A DNA stretch of 64,000 nt. Origin: a virus. The notes beneath the pieces are model-generated. The model was not told the DNA's origin and made no database searches. It worked only from the letters and a program-made list of their open reading frames with translations. The translations under genes and the position numbers were made by a program. Each line of letters begins with the position of its first letter. Positions within the stretch are counted from its first letter, which is position 1. The stretch spans positions 9,554 through 73,553 of the IMG/VR virus record IMGVR_UViG_3300029813_000075. The stretch is one strand, 5' to 3'. This document shows, in pieces, positions 26,464-34,102 of this stretch.

Positions 26464-27278
26464 TTTACTCTGTCAGCCTCCTCCACCTTGGGCCACTTGG
26501 CAATGGAATCCTTGGTGTCATAGATGATCACGAATCCATCCTTCTTCATGTCCTTATAGATCTTCGACATGAAATCACTGGCCGAATCTCTGATTATCTG
26601 TCTCATGCACTCAGGCACAATGCTCCAGCTATCACAGCCTCTATCATATAGCAGCTCCATGCAGTCAAGACACACAACGCGCCGCACATGAAGAGATTCC
26701 TGCTGCCAACTGTGGTTTTGCCACTCACCACCCTTAGCCATTCTCAAGTGGTAGGTCTTTGAAGTCTCTCCGAAGATTGAAGACCACTCAGACTCGGCCT
26801 CGAGATTTTGCGCCCACGCGAACTTAATGTACAGCCTCTTGTGCTCACATTGCTCATCCTTGTCAGTGTCATTCTTTATCGGTGGATGATAGAAGTCGCT
26901 GTGTTTGAGCTTGGTGCCGCACCAAGGACAGTTGGGCCACTTCTCAGATCGTACTTGCTTGCCGATATCAGCGTCACACTTAGGACACAAGTTGTATCCT
27001 TGGTAGAACGAAGATCGTACAGGACAATTGGGGTGGATGCATGCACACTCAGACTCCCAGAGGCAGTCGAAGCAGTGAGTCTTGCCCGCTGCTATCCGAT
27101 TTCTGTACACTCTGTTCTCAGGGTGGTCCTTCATGTACTGCGTGTCAATGGTGAAGTCCTTACAGTAGTCGTTGGTGTTGGCAAAGTTCTCAGGAAGCCC
27201 CCAGAACTCTGCACCCTTTCTAGTATCCTTAGTTGGGTTCTGCTTGTTTTTCTTGTCGCTCACGGTTGCCAACCTCAC
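26460..27278 (-). CDS. Multi-Cys zinc-binding protein
   Basis: CFDC, C.H..C, CPKC, CPWC, CLDC. Confidence 0.7.
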   Translation of the reverse strand: MRLATVSDKKNKQNPTKDTRKGAEFWGLPENFANTNDYCKDFTIDTQYMKDHPENRVYRNRIAAGKTHCFDCLWESECACIHPNCPVRSSFYQGYNLCPKCDADIGKQVRSEKWPNCPWCGTKLKHSDFYHPPIKNDTDKDEQCEHKRLYIKFAWAQNLEAESEWSSIFGETSKTYHLRMAKGGEWQNHSWQQESLHVRRVVCLDCMELLYDRGCDSWSIVPECMRQIIRDSASDFMSKIYKDMKKDGFVIIYDTKDSIAKWPKVEEADRVK

Positions 27279-27644
27279 AGTTTCAGGTTGTATTCACGAG
27301 GGTAACGGTTGCTTATAAGACCTTCCAATGCAAGTAAGCTTCCCATCGAGTCCAAATTATATATATAATATGGGTTCGAGGGGAAAGATACTTGCAAACG
27401 CATGCTGCCCAAGACCAACCCACCCCAATTACTGTCCACAATCACTCAAGCACCCCTATCCATCCCCACTCCCCCCACAACCACGCTCATGCTTAAAGAC
27501 CACTAGAAGGTGAATTGAAGCCATCTGGGAGTGCAAATGAGTACTTAGATTGTCTGGGTGTCTTTACTGGTGGTGTTTGTGTGTTTCAGTGAAAAGAAAG
27601 TTGGGTCTGAGGCCTTGTTGGTCTCAGATCCCGCATTAGCCTAC

Positions 27645-27821
27645 CTATCCCAACAACAGTCGCATTTCGTACACTATGCCCATTGCACAGATGAATATGA
27701 AGAGCATTATGACCACTGCGGCGGCAAAGACATAATCTTTGATTTCTGTGACTACCTTTGCCACAATGGCGTCAACCTCATAGTCCGAGATAAGAACCTC
27801 GTCAGTGTCAAGCTCAGTCAA
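27645..27821 (-). CDS. Small C-terminal TM protein (probable TTG start at 27821)
   Basis: FAAAVVIMLFIFICAMGIV hydrophobic helix; GGGGAG upstream. Confidence 0.55.
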   Translation of the reverse strand: MTELDTDEVLISDYEVDAIVAKVVTEIKDYVFAAAVVIMLFIFICAMGIVYEMRLLLG

Positions 27822-28219
27822 TACGAGATTCTCCCCCTGAGTTTGCCCATGCCCCAGCGCTCCATAAGGAATTGAGAGAGCAGCTTGCGGTGCCGCGCTG
27901 GTACTGGTAGTCCTTGTTCTCTTGTCCACACTGGTAGGTGTGCGGTCCAATGATGAACGGAACTCACGCCCGCCTTCTTGTTCTTGTCGTCAACGATTAT
28001 GGTGGTGCGTGTGCCTGACAAATACCCATTGCCCTCGCTGTCAGTCCAAAACCTACCTGTCTGTATCTGCAACCAGAAGGACTCATCTTGTAGTGTGTCA
28101 TGTGCCTCTGGTTTGATTGCTACTTCAGTGCCCCATACGGGGATCTCGCTTGGCTTGCCTATTGTTAACTTTACTCTATCCATTATCCGATCACCCTGCC
28201 CGTCTTGACTACTCTCCAA
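27818..28219 (-). CDS. Hypothetical protein
   Basis: About 125-133 aa; tiles within the operon. Confidence 0.55.
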   Translation of the reverse strand: MESSQDGQGDRIMDRVKLTIGKPSEIPVWGTEVAIKPEAHDTLQDESFWLQIQTGRFWTDSEGNGYLSGTRTTIIVDDKNKKAGVSSVHHWTAHLPVWTREQGLPVPARHRKLLSQFLMERWGMGKLRGRISY

Positions 28220-28608
28220 GTGCGGGCCATCAGTCCGTTGAGTGACGCCTGCAGGCAGTGAGCTTCATCTGTTCCTTGTGGGATTAGCCACTTCTGGATT
28301 TGGATTAGTGTCGCATACTCATCATCCTTGGAGGGAGTGTACGCGTCTCTAAAACATTCGTTCTGCTGGTCCTTGGTCAGGGTGTCCCAATCGTTCAAGT
28401 TATGCTTGTAGTCTTCTTCTGCCACAAGGACAGTTATCTCGATTATGTTAGTTGCTTTTGTTGCCATGTTTCCACGCTCTTTGATATCGGTTCCGTTCTT
28501 TATGCTCTCAAGCATATCACGGTCTGCACGCTTTCGCGCTCTACGATCTCCGCGACTCTTGGCGGTCTTCTTGCCTTGGTGCTTGGCTTTGCTGCTATTC
28601 TTACCCAT
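28183..28608 (-). CDS. Hypothetical protein with basic N-terminus
   Basis: 141 aa. Confidence 0.6.
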   Translation of the reverse strand: MGKNSSKAKHQGKKTAKSRGDRRARKRADRDMLESIKNGTDIKERGNMATKATNIIEITVLVAEEDYKHNLNDWDTLTKDQQNECFRDAYTPSKDDEYATLIQIQKWLIPQGTDEAHCLQASLNGLMARTWRVVKTGRVIG

Positions 28609-28611
28609 TGC

Positions 28612-28947
28612 TTAGTCACTCTTCTCTTGCATGGTTGCCTTTACCGCTGCGATTTCCTTGTCCATCTCTGTGCTTTCATACATTATGGCAAGTGCCCTTC
28701 TGTCCTCTTCTAGCACTAGGCTCAGGTTGCCTGAGCTGCATCGGAGACTTTCAAAATGCCCATCTAAGACAGCATTAAGGATTTCCTTGTCGTGCTTGTA
28801 TTTCTCTAAGTCGGCAATCATCTGTTTGCGGTGCTTCTCCATGCTCCCGACAAGCATTTGGATGATTGCGACTTTCTTCTCACGTATTGTCTTTCTCTTT
28901 GTCATTAGTTGTTCACGCTCTTTTGTTGCCTGTAATCTGATGGTCAT
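28612..28947 (-). CDS. Helical hypothetical protein
   Basis: 111 aa; TTTATATG upstream on the minus strand. Confidence 0.6.
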   Translation of the reverse strand: MTIRLQATKEREQLMTKRKTIREKKVAIIQMLVGSMEKHRKQMIADLEKYKHDKEILNAVLDGHFESLRCSSGNLSLVLEEDRRALAIMYESTEMDKEIAAVKATMQEKSD

Positions 28948-29005
28948 GGTTACATATAAACATTTCGTGGTGTACCTAAGGAGAGCTACTTAGGTTGCTA
29001 GCTCG

Positions 29006-29055
29006 AAAGAAGGAGAGAGAAAAAAAAGAGAGAGGGACCAGATCCGGATCCCTCT
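29006..29055 (-). terminator. Hairpin plus oligo-T/pyrimidine tract
   Basis: AGAGGGA/TCCCTCT inverted repeat followed on the minus strand by CTCTTTTTTTTCTCTCTCCTTCTTT, right after the stop at 29054. Confidence 0.65.
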
Positions 29056-29284
29056 ACTGGTCTGTGAATAGTCGGTCTATGGTCTCAAGTGGATCTGTGT
29101 CCTGATTGTTCACATGTGACCAAACCACAGTCTCGATATCCGGCTTTGGATTGTCACTCTTGCCCTTGCAACAAGGGCACCCTTTGCCGTTATAGAATTG
29201 TTCGCGCTCGGCCGCGGTGAAGTCATGCCGAACACCGTAAGCGTCCCAAGGTTCGCCGCACACCTTGCATATCATGTCTCCCAT
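29054..29284 (-). CDS. Small zinc-finger protein
   Basis: CKVCGEPWD...GCPCC. Confidence 0.7.
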   Translation of the reverse strand: MGDMICKVCGEPWDAYGVRHDFTAAEREQFYNGKGCPCCKGKSDNPKPDIETVVWSHVNNQDTDPLETIDRLFTDQ

Positions 29285-29295
29285 TGTGATATCTC

Positions 29296-29502
29296 CTAGA
29301 ATTGCTCAAGGGTTGCCATGATTCCGACAGGCTCGCCGCGCTTGCGTTTAATAAAATCTTGCTGGCACGCTTCACCCTTGAAACCGTCTTTTGAAGGACA
29401 GCAGCCGCAACAGTAGTTTCGGCAATGTTCGTATTCTGAATCGAACACGTCAACGTTCACCAGTACACGGCCGCAACCTTGGCATTTATTCACTAAGCCC
29501 AT
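29296..29502 (-). CDS. Cys-rich microprotein
   Basis: CQGCG...CRNYCCGCCP...CQQ. Confidence 0.6.
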   Translation of the reverse strand: MGLVNKCQGCGRVLVNVDVFDSEYEHCRNYCCGCCPSKDGFKGEACQQDFIKRKRGEPVGIMATLEQF

Positions 29503-29749
29503 AATGCTTAAGGGTCTCCTTGAGCTTTAGCTTGAATGCATCATTTGGCATTCTCAAGCTCTTGTCTGGGTGGATCTCGTTTAGGTGTCTGCCTGTTGTC
29601 GTACTCCAGACATTCTCACTAATCACGAACCCCGAAAAGGGGCTATTGAATGCTATCACCGTCTCATAAGAAAAGTTGAGTGTGAGGTTTCCAACAGATA
29701 CATCTATCTGTTTCGTGTTTCTCTGTGGGTAGGTTAATCTTACTGTCAT
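29486..29749 (-). CDS. Small viral hypothetical protein (start ATG 29749)
   Basis: FSYET.IAF...S.N.WS.TTG.HLN.I motif, recalled from phage hypotheticals. Confidence 0.65.
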   Translation of the reverse strand: MTVRLTYPQRNTKQIDVSVGNLTLNFSYETVIAFNSPFSGFVISENVWSTTTGRHLNEIHPDKSLRMPNDAFKLKLKETLKHYGLSE

Positions 29750-29786
29750 TGTAACCAAACTCACTCTAGGTATATGATGGTAATGG

Positions 29787-29794
29787 TTATATAG
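29787..29794. promoter_or_regulatory. Bidirectional TATA-like box at the main strand switch
   Basis: TTATATAG about 35-38 nt from both ATG 29749(-) and ATG 29829(+). Confidence 0.5.
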
Positions 29795-29828
29795 GTTTGC
29801 ATCCTGTATATGCACGAGGTTCACAACA

Positions 29829-30035
29829 ATGAGCACAGCAATCACACCCATCACACCCATAACACACAAGGATAGACTTAATGACATCATCCACCGTGCT
29901 ATCTCATGGGCGCAAGATCGCGGCATCTCACATGATGATATCGCTTCTATCCTTGTCGAAGAGTACAACGATCTTAATGTCCACTTCTGGGATCATCATG
30001 ACTATGACTCCATCGTGGAAACAATACGATCCTAG
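29829..30035 (+). CDS. Hypothetical His/Asp-rich protein
   Basis: 68 aa downstream of the TATA-like box. Confidence 0.55.
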   Translation: MSTAITPITPITHKDRLNDIIHRAISWAQDRGISHDDIASILVEEYNDLNVHFWDHHDYDSIVETIRS

Positions 30036-30168
30036 ATTTCAAACCCGACCCGCTCTTGCACACATAACCTGCCCAAGACGCTTGGCAGGTCGGGAAAATC
30101 TATGAGATTTGCGATGGGATATTACGGGGTTGATGTTATTGGTGTGTGTGGAGGGGCAGTCGGCATAT

Positions 30169-30189
30169 TTATTACGGAAATAGTAATAA
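30169..30189. promoter_or_regulatory. Palindromic site, one-mismatch copy
   Basis: TTATTACG-gaaat-AGTAATAA upstream of the long plus-strand block. Confidence 0.55.
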
Positions 30190-30206
30190 TAGGGGGATGA
30201 TGAATT

Positions 30207-30524
30207 ATGTCAGAAGTGATAGTAAAGATAAGCATTCCACTGATTCTCGAGGGCACTGCGACAGTTGAAGTGCCAGAATACTTGCTGAGGTCTGATGGGC
30301 CGCTGGCAATGCAGTTGGCTAAGAGCGGGTACGAAATCGAGATGTGGGCATGGAAGAGAGAGCCGATGGTGATGGCTACATTCATGATGGCTGGGTGTAG
30401 CAGTGAGGACAGAGAGCACACGTTCTCGTTGCCAAAGGGGTACGCAGTAGTGCGTCATATGGGGTCGTTCTTCATGCGGCACATGGGCGAGGACACTGTG
30501 GTCCACCTGTTGGCTCTTATGTGA
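30207..30524 (+). CDS. Hypothetical protein
   Basis: 105 aa; C-terminus LPKG...MG...VVHLL resembles the next ORF. Confidence 0.6.
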   Translation: MSEVIVKISIPLILEGTATVEVPEYLLRSDGPLAMQLAKSGYEIEMWAWKREPMVMATFMMAGCSSEDREHTFSLPKGYAVVRHMGSFFMRHMGEDTVVHLLALM

Positions 30525-30536
30525 GGGCTGAAGGAC

Positions 30537-30854
30537 ATGACAAGAGAGAACATGAAGTGGATTGAAAGGCTTGAGCTTAAAGGCACTGAAGGAAAAAACA
30601 TAGAGAGGTTCGTGATACATGTGCCAATGGGAGCCGAGTTCATTGGCGCGCAGCGCAACGCTACGATCTTGGTGATGCTGGTGAGGGATAGGTCTGGAGC
30701 TAGGAACCCCGGGCGCAGTAATAGGAACCGGGAGACGCGGGCGGTGTTGCGAGTGAGAGATGAGATGATGATTGCCGAGGAAGAGAGTCGCTACATTGGG
30801 AGTGACAACATGTGGCACCTGTTCGAGGTCAAGACGGATGATGAGAAGCACTAG
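30537..30854 (+). CDS. Phage-type hypothetical protein
   Basis: HVPMGAE...YIGS..WHLFEV pattern. Confidence 0.65.
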   Translation: MTRENMKWIERLELKGTEGKNIERFVIHVPMGAEFIGAQRNATILVMLVRDRSGARNPGRSNRNRETRAVLRVRDEMMIAEEESRYIGSDNMWHLFEVKTDDEKH

Positions 30855-31308
30855 GTTTCTTGACGACCTGCTCATGCGAAAGGTCATAGGGGATGAATTT
30901 GGGAAGGGCAGTCCTGAGTATAAGGAAATGGATGATCAGTTGAAGGAAGAGGCTGAGATTGGTCTCACCTTCCTGATACATGAGGCTCTTGCTAATGGCG
31001 ACTTCAGAACGCTGATAATGCTGGATGAGATGGGGCAGGAAACACGCCTCTCTATCTGTCAGAGGAATAATCCAAGGTTAGAGAGGTATCATGCAAAAGC
31101 ATGTATCAAAGTGCCTGGCACCCCTAAGGAAAAGGAGAGAGAAAGAATGAACCTATTCAAGTTCTGGACATGGATCTGGTTACGGTGGCGATACCGATGG
31201 GGCACGGGTTGGCTACAGCGTAGGCGGGATGCAGAGTACGAGAAGTGGCGCAAGGCGCAAGATGCGGAGATAGTTCGACAGGCAAAAGAGTCTTCTAGGA
31301 GGAAGTGA
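30772..31308 (+). CDS. Hypothetical protein (likely start ATG 30874)
   Basis: Trp/Arg-rich amphipathic C-terminus. Confidence 0.55.
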   Translation: MPRKRVATLGVTTCGTCSRSRRMMRSTRFLDDLLMRKVIGDEFGKGSPEYKEMDDQLKEEAEIGLTFLIHEALANGDFRTLIMLDEMGQETRLSICQRNNPRLERYHAKACIKVPGTPKEKERERMNLFKFWTWIWLRWRYRWGTGWLQRRRDAEYEKWRKAQDAEIVRQAKESSRRK

Positions 31309-31311
31309 AGA

Positions 31312-31434
31312 ATGACAGAACAACTAGAGAAAGTCAAGATTGCACTTGACCAATTGCTTGCTGAGCTTAATTCCATGAAAATGAGTATCTGTGTCCTTGT
31401 GACTTATGTTGAACAAGAACTGAAGAAAAAGTAG
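31312..31434 (+). CDS. 40-aa helical peptide, not in track
   Basis: MTEQLEKVKIALDQLLAELNSMKMSICVLVTYVEQELKKK; fills the gap. Confidence 0.55.
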   Translation: MTEQLEKVKIALDQLLAELNSMKMSICVLVTYVEQELKKK

Positions 31435-31444
31435 GCAGCAATCA

Positions 31445-31768
31445 ATGAGCAATAAGCAGACATTCAAAGCGTTTGGCACGAAGTTCAACAATATACCGCT
31501 GTATTCCATAGTGCAGGAGAACAAGATCTGGCCGGATGATAAGTTTCTGCTGTCACTGTTCAAGAGCGGTGTGTACTGGTCTGACTCAAGCGATCTGACC
31601 AAGATGGAATTGCTGAGTGGCGTGTTACAGAAATTGGTGTTGGGCATGGACAATTCAACGATTCAGGCGGGCGAGAACGAGAAGGAGCAGAGGTTGATAG
31701 GCATATTCGGCACCCTGAAAGAGATTACAGGGCGGATCGCAGAGAAGCTTGTCGAGGTACCATTATGA
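31445..31768 (+). CDS. Hypothetical protein
   Basis: 107 aa. Confidence 0.6.
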   Translation: MSNKQTFKAFGTKFNNIPLYSIVQENKIWPDDKFLLSLFKSGVYWSDSSDLTKMELLSGVLQKLVLGMDNSTIQAGENEKEQRLIGIFGTLKEITGRIAEKLVEVPL

Positions 31769-31914
31769 ACATGACGTGTCCTAAGTGTGGCGAAGAAGTC
31801 AGCCTCTATGACGGTGACATTGAGATATGGTCGATAGGCGAGAGGCAGGTCACGGTGCGTCATGTGAGTATAAAATGTGACGGCAAGTGGAACTACAAGA
31901 GGAAGGCAAGATGA
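31765..31914 (+). CDS. 49-aa CPxCG microprotein, not in track
   Basis: MNMTCPKCGEEV...; ATGA overlap with the upstream gene. Confidence 0.55.
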   Translation: MNMTCPKCGEEVSLYDGDIEIWSIGERQVTVRHVSIKCDGKWNYKRKAR

Positions 31915-32027
31915 ACGATGGGGCGGGAAACACGAGGACTAGCGCGGTTAGGGCTGTCAGAGATGCATCTTTGCCTTAACGGGCTTGACACCTGTGCCTG
32001 ACACCCCTAAAGGAAGGAGAAAGAACA

Positions 32028-32333
32028 ATGAGTGAAAAAGAACCTGAAATGACGGCATCAACGTGCCCAAGGTGTCAGGCCAGAACCACGAGAGAAAGGG
32101 CGAAGGCAAAGAAGAAGTATCTCAGGATGGTTTGTGGAGTGATGTATGAGATGGATGAGGTAGTGTGCCCGCACTGCGGATTGTACTACCTGGATGCGCG
32201 ACCCGAAGAGGATAATGAAAAGGGTTGTGAAACACATAGTTGTGCTACATGTGGCACTCTCGAACCAGATGAGCATTGTATGGACTGTACTCATTATCCA
32301 AGTAGGAGTTGCCACTGGACACCAAGAGGATGA
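32028..32333 (+). CDS. Cys-rich zinc-binding protein
   Basis: CPRC, CPHC, CATC, CMDC. Confidence 0.65.
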   Translation: MSEKEPEMTASTCPRCQARTTRERAKAKKKYLRMVCGVMYEMDEVVCPHCGLYYLDARPEEDNEKGCETHSCATCGTLEPDEHCMDCTHYPSRSCHWTPRG

Positions 32334-33178
32334 GAACAATGAGTAATGAAACATTTGAGAGAATGAATGAATGGTTCGGGCGAGCACTTGGAGCTGCGGA
32401 TTTCGATCTGCGGTTGCAGGATAAGGAAAAGGGCAAGAGCTGGAAAGAGGCTACTCCACTATCTCTGTTCAACAAGATGATGGGTCACGTCAATAAGATG
32501 ATGAATACAAACCCAAGGGTGGGTCAGGTGCATTCAATCAAGGTTGTGAACTATGCGTTGATGATCGCCACACGACTTGTTGATGAGAATGTGGCCGTAG
32601 AACCTAAACCTGAGAAGATTATAGTCAGGGAAGTCAGAGAAGTCATACACCCACACACAGGTCACACGGAATCGAATGTTGAATTTGGGCCGCCTATAAT
32701 AGCAGGAAAAGATGAATCAGATCCCATTGTCGAAACAGGAAGGCCGCCTTTGGATCTTGGCCCTTTACCCAATGGGCCTGCAATAGAAGCCTTTTCAACT
32801 ACACAGGTTGACACTGCGGGAGACCTTCTGAAGGCTGACTTGCGTGGAATGTATGAACCTAATGGGTCTGAGGATGCAGGATATTACTGCCCTTGGTGTA
32901 ATCACACTGCAAAGTTGGCTACGGGTTGTCATGGCAAGATCTGCTGCATCGCGTGCGGCAAGCCAATCGACTCGAGGTTCGCAGACTTGCTGAAAAAGGC
33001 ACGGCAATCCGATTATGTGGCTTTGAAAAAACCAATCACTTCAGCAGAGATGGCAAAATATCTTGGCACATCATCCAATTGGGCTGGTCAGGTGTTGGCG
33101 CAGCTTGGATGGGAATCAGCAGGATGGCGTAAGGGATTGGGAGCACGATGGAACCCACCGAAGGAGGATGGCAAGTAA
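32309..33178 (+). CDS. Multidomain protein: degenerate MazG-like helical domain + zinc finger + HTH
   Basis: SW....L...M..V......VVNYALMIA; CPWC..CIAC; ITSAEMAKYLGTSSNWAGQVL. Confidence 0.6.
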   Translation: MPLDTKRMRTMSNETFERMNEWFGRALGAADFDLRLQDKEKGKSWKEATPLSLFNKMMGHVNKMMNTNPRVGQVHSIKVVNYALMIATRLVDENVAVEPKPEKIIVREVREVIHPHTGHTESNVEFGPPIIAGKDESDPIVETGRPPLDLGPLPNGPAIEAFSTTQVDTAGDLLKADLRGMYEPNGSEDAGYYCPWCNHTAKLATGCHGKICCIACGKPIDSRFADLLKKARQSDYVALKKPITSAEMAKYLGTSSNWAGQVLAQLGWESAGWRKGLGARWNPPKEDGK

Positions 33179-33771
33179 TGGGATGGCCTGGACTTGGATT
33201 TGGAATGGGACCGCCCAACATGAGTCTGCCTCTTGGTGAGTATAGGATCTGCACTGCATGCGGCGGCCTGAGAGGATGGTTGATCATCATGCCCAAGATT
33301 GTCGGTGGTCCGGCTGAGCTGCTGGGTCGCCTTGAGGATGAGGATACCACAGTGCTGTGTACGAGATGCAGCGAAGGAAAAATCAGTGGTTTGGATCCAA
33401 AATTTGTTGAGAAGGCCGAACCGAGGGTGATTCCGTTCTGGAAGTACCTTAAGGATGATAGGTTCCCAATCAAGATGATTTCAATAGAGGCGAGAGAGGC
33501 AATGGATGGCCGCGGTCTTACGCCTTACGACTTCATTGTGAAGATCAACTGTGAGGTTGTGGAACGTCTGAGAAAGGTGGAGATGAGTGCATGGATTGGT
33601 GAGCCTGGCGTTGAGTTGGCACTTACCTTTGTCCACCACATCTTTGATGATGATGGCAACCTGAAAGAACTCAAGCATGAGAAGCTTCAACTGGACAAGG
33701 AAAAGATTAGGGGGTTTAGTTTCAATCTTGTGAAGATTGACGACATAGTGGAGGATAAGAAAAATGGTTAG
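33148..33771 (+). CDS. Hypothetical protein with CxxC pairs (likely start ATG 33178)
   Basis: CTACGG...CTRCSEG. Confidence 0.6.
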   Translation: MEPTEGGWQVMGWPGLGFGMGPPNMSLPLGEYRICTACGGLRGWLIIMPKIVGGPAELLGRLEDEDTTVLCTRCSEGKISGLDPKFVEKAEPRVIPFWKYLKDDRFPIKMISIEAREAMDGRGLTPYDFIVKINCEVVERLRKVEMSAWIGEPGVELALTFVHHIFDDDGNLKELKHEKLQLDKEKIRGFSFNLVKIDDIVEDKKNG

Positions 33772-34090
33772 CACGAAAGAAGAACTAGAGAATATGGTGG
33801 TCACAGTGCTAGAAAGTCCTAGCATTGCGATTGGTGATGCGAGAGTGACAGTCTCTATTGGGAATGGAGAATCTGTGATCATTGAGACGCATAATGTCGC
33901 TAACGGTGAGAAGTACATAGTCAGTTTCCCTACAAGAGATTGTGAAGATCAAAGCCAAAGGTTGACGCTGAACACAATACTGTATTTTGTGCGATTGGCT
34001 TTGCAGACATCAATTGTGGTGGCTGAGAACGCTGGGGGGTTGAAGGCCAAACTGAAACTGATTGATACTATGACTGAGGCGCCTGAGTAG
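33764..34090 (+). CDS. Hypothetical protein
   Basis: 108 aa; tiles within the operon. Confidence 0.6.
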   Translation: MVSTKEELENMVVTVLESPSIAIGDARVTVSIGNGESVIIETHNVANGEKYIVSFPTRDCEDQSQRLTLNTILYFVRLALQTSIVVAENAGGLKAKLKLIDTMTEAPE

Positions 34091-34102
34091 AGAGTTGGTA
34101 GC

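Noticed and set aside
28974-28995. Perfect 7-bp inverted repeat ACCTAAG/CTTAGGT as a separate system
   Set aside because: Single occurrence between a terminator and a TATA-like box; may be an operator but nothing else supports it.
30210-30887. Long antisense ORFs such as 30210-30887(-), 26808-27305(+), 25896-26444(+), 40089-40751(-)
   Set aside because: Shadow frames opposite well-tiled genes, with no motifs or RBS.
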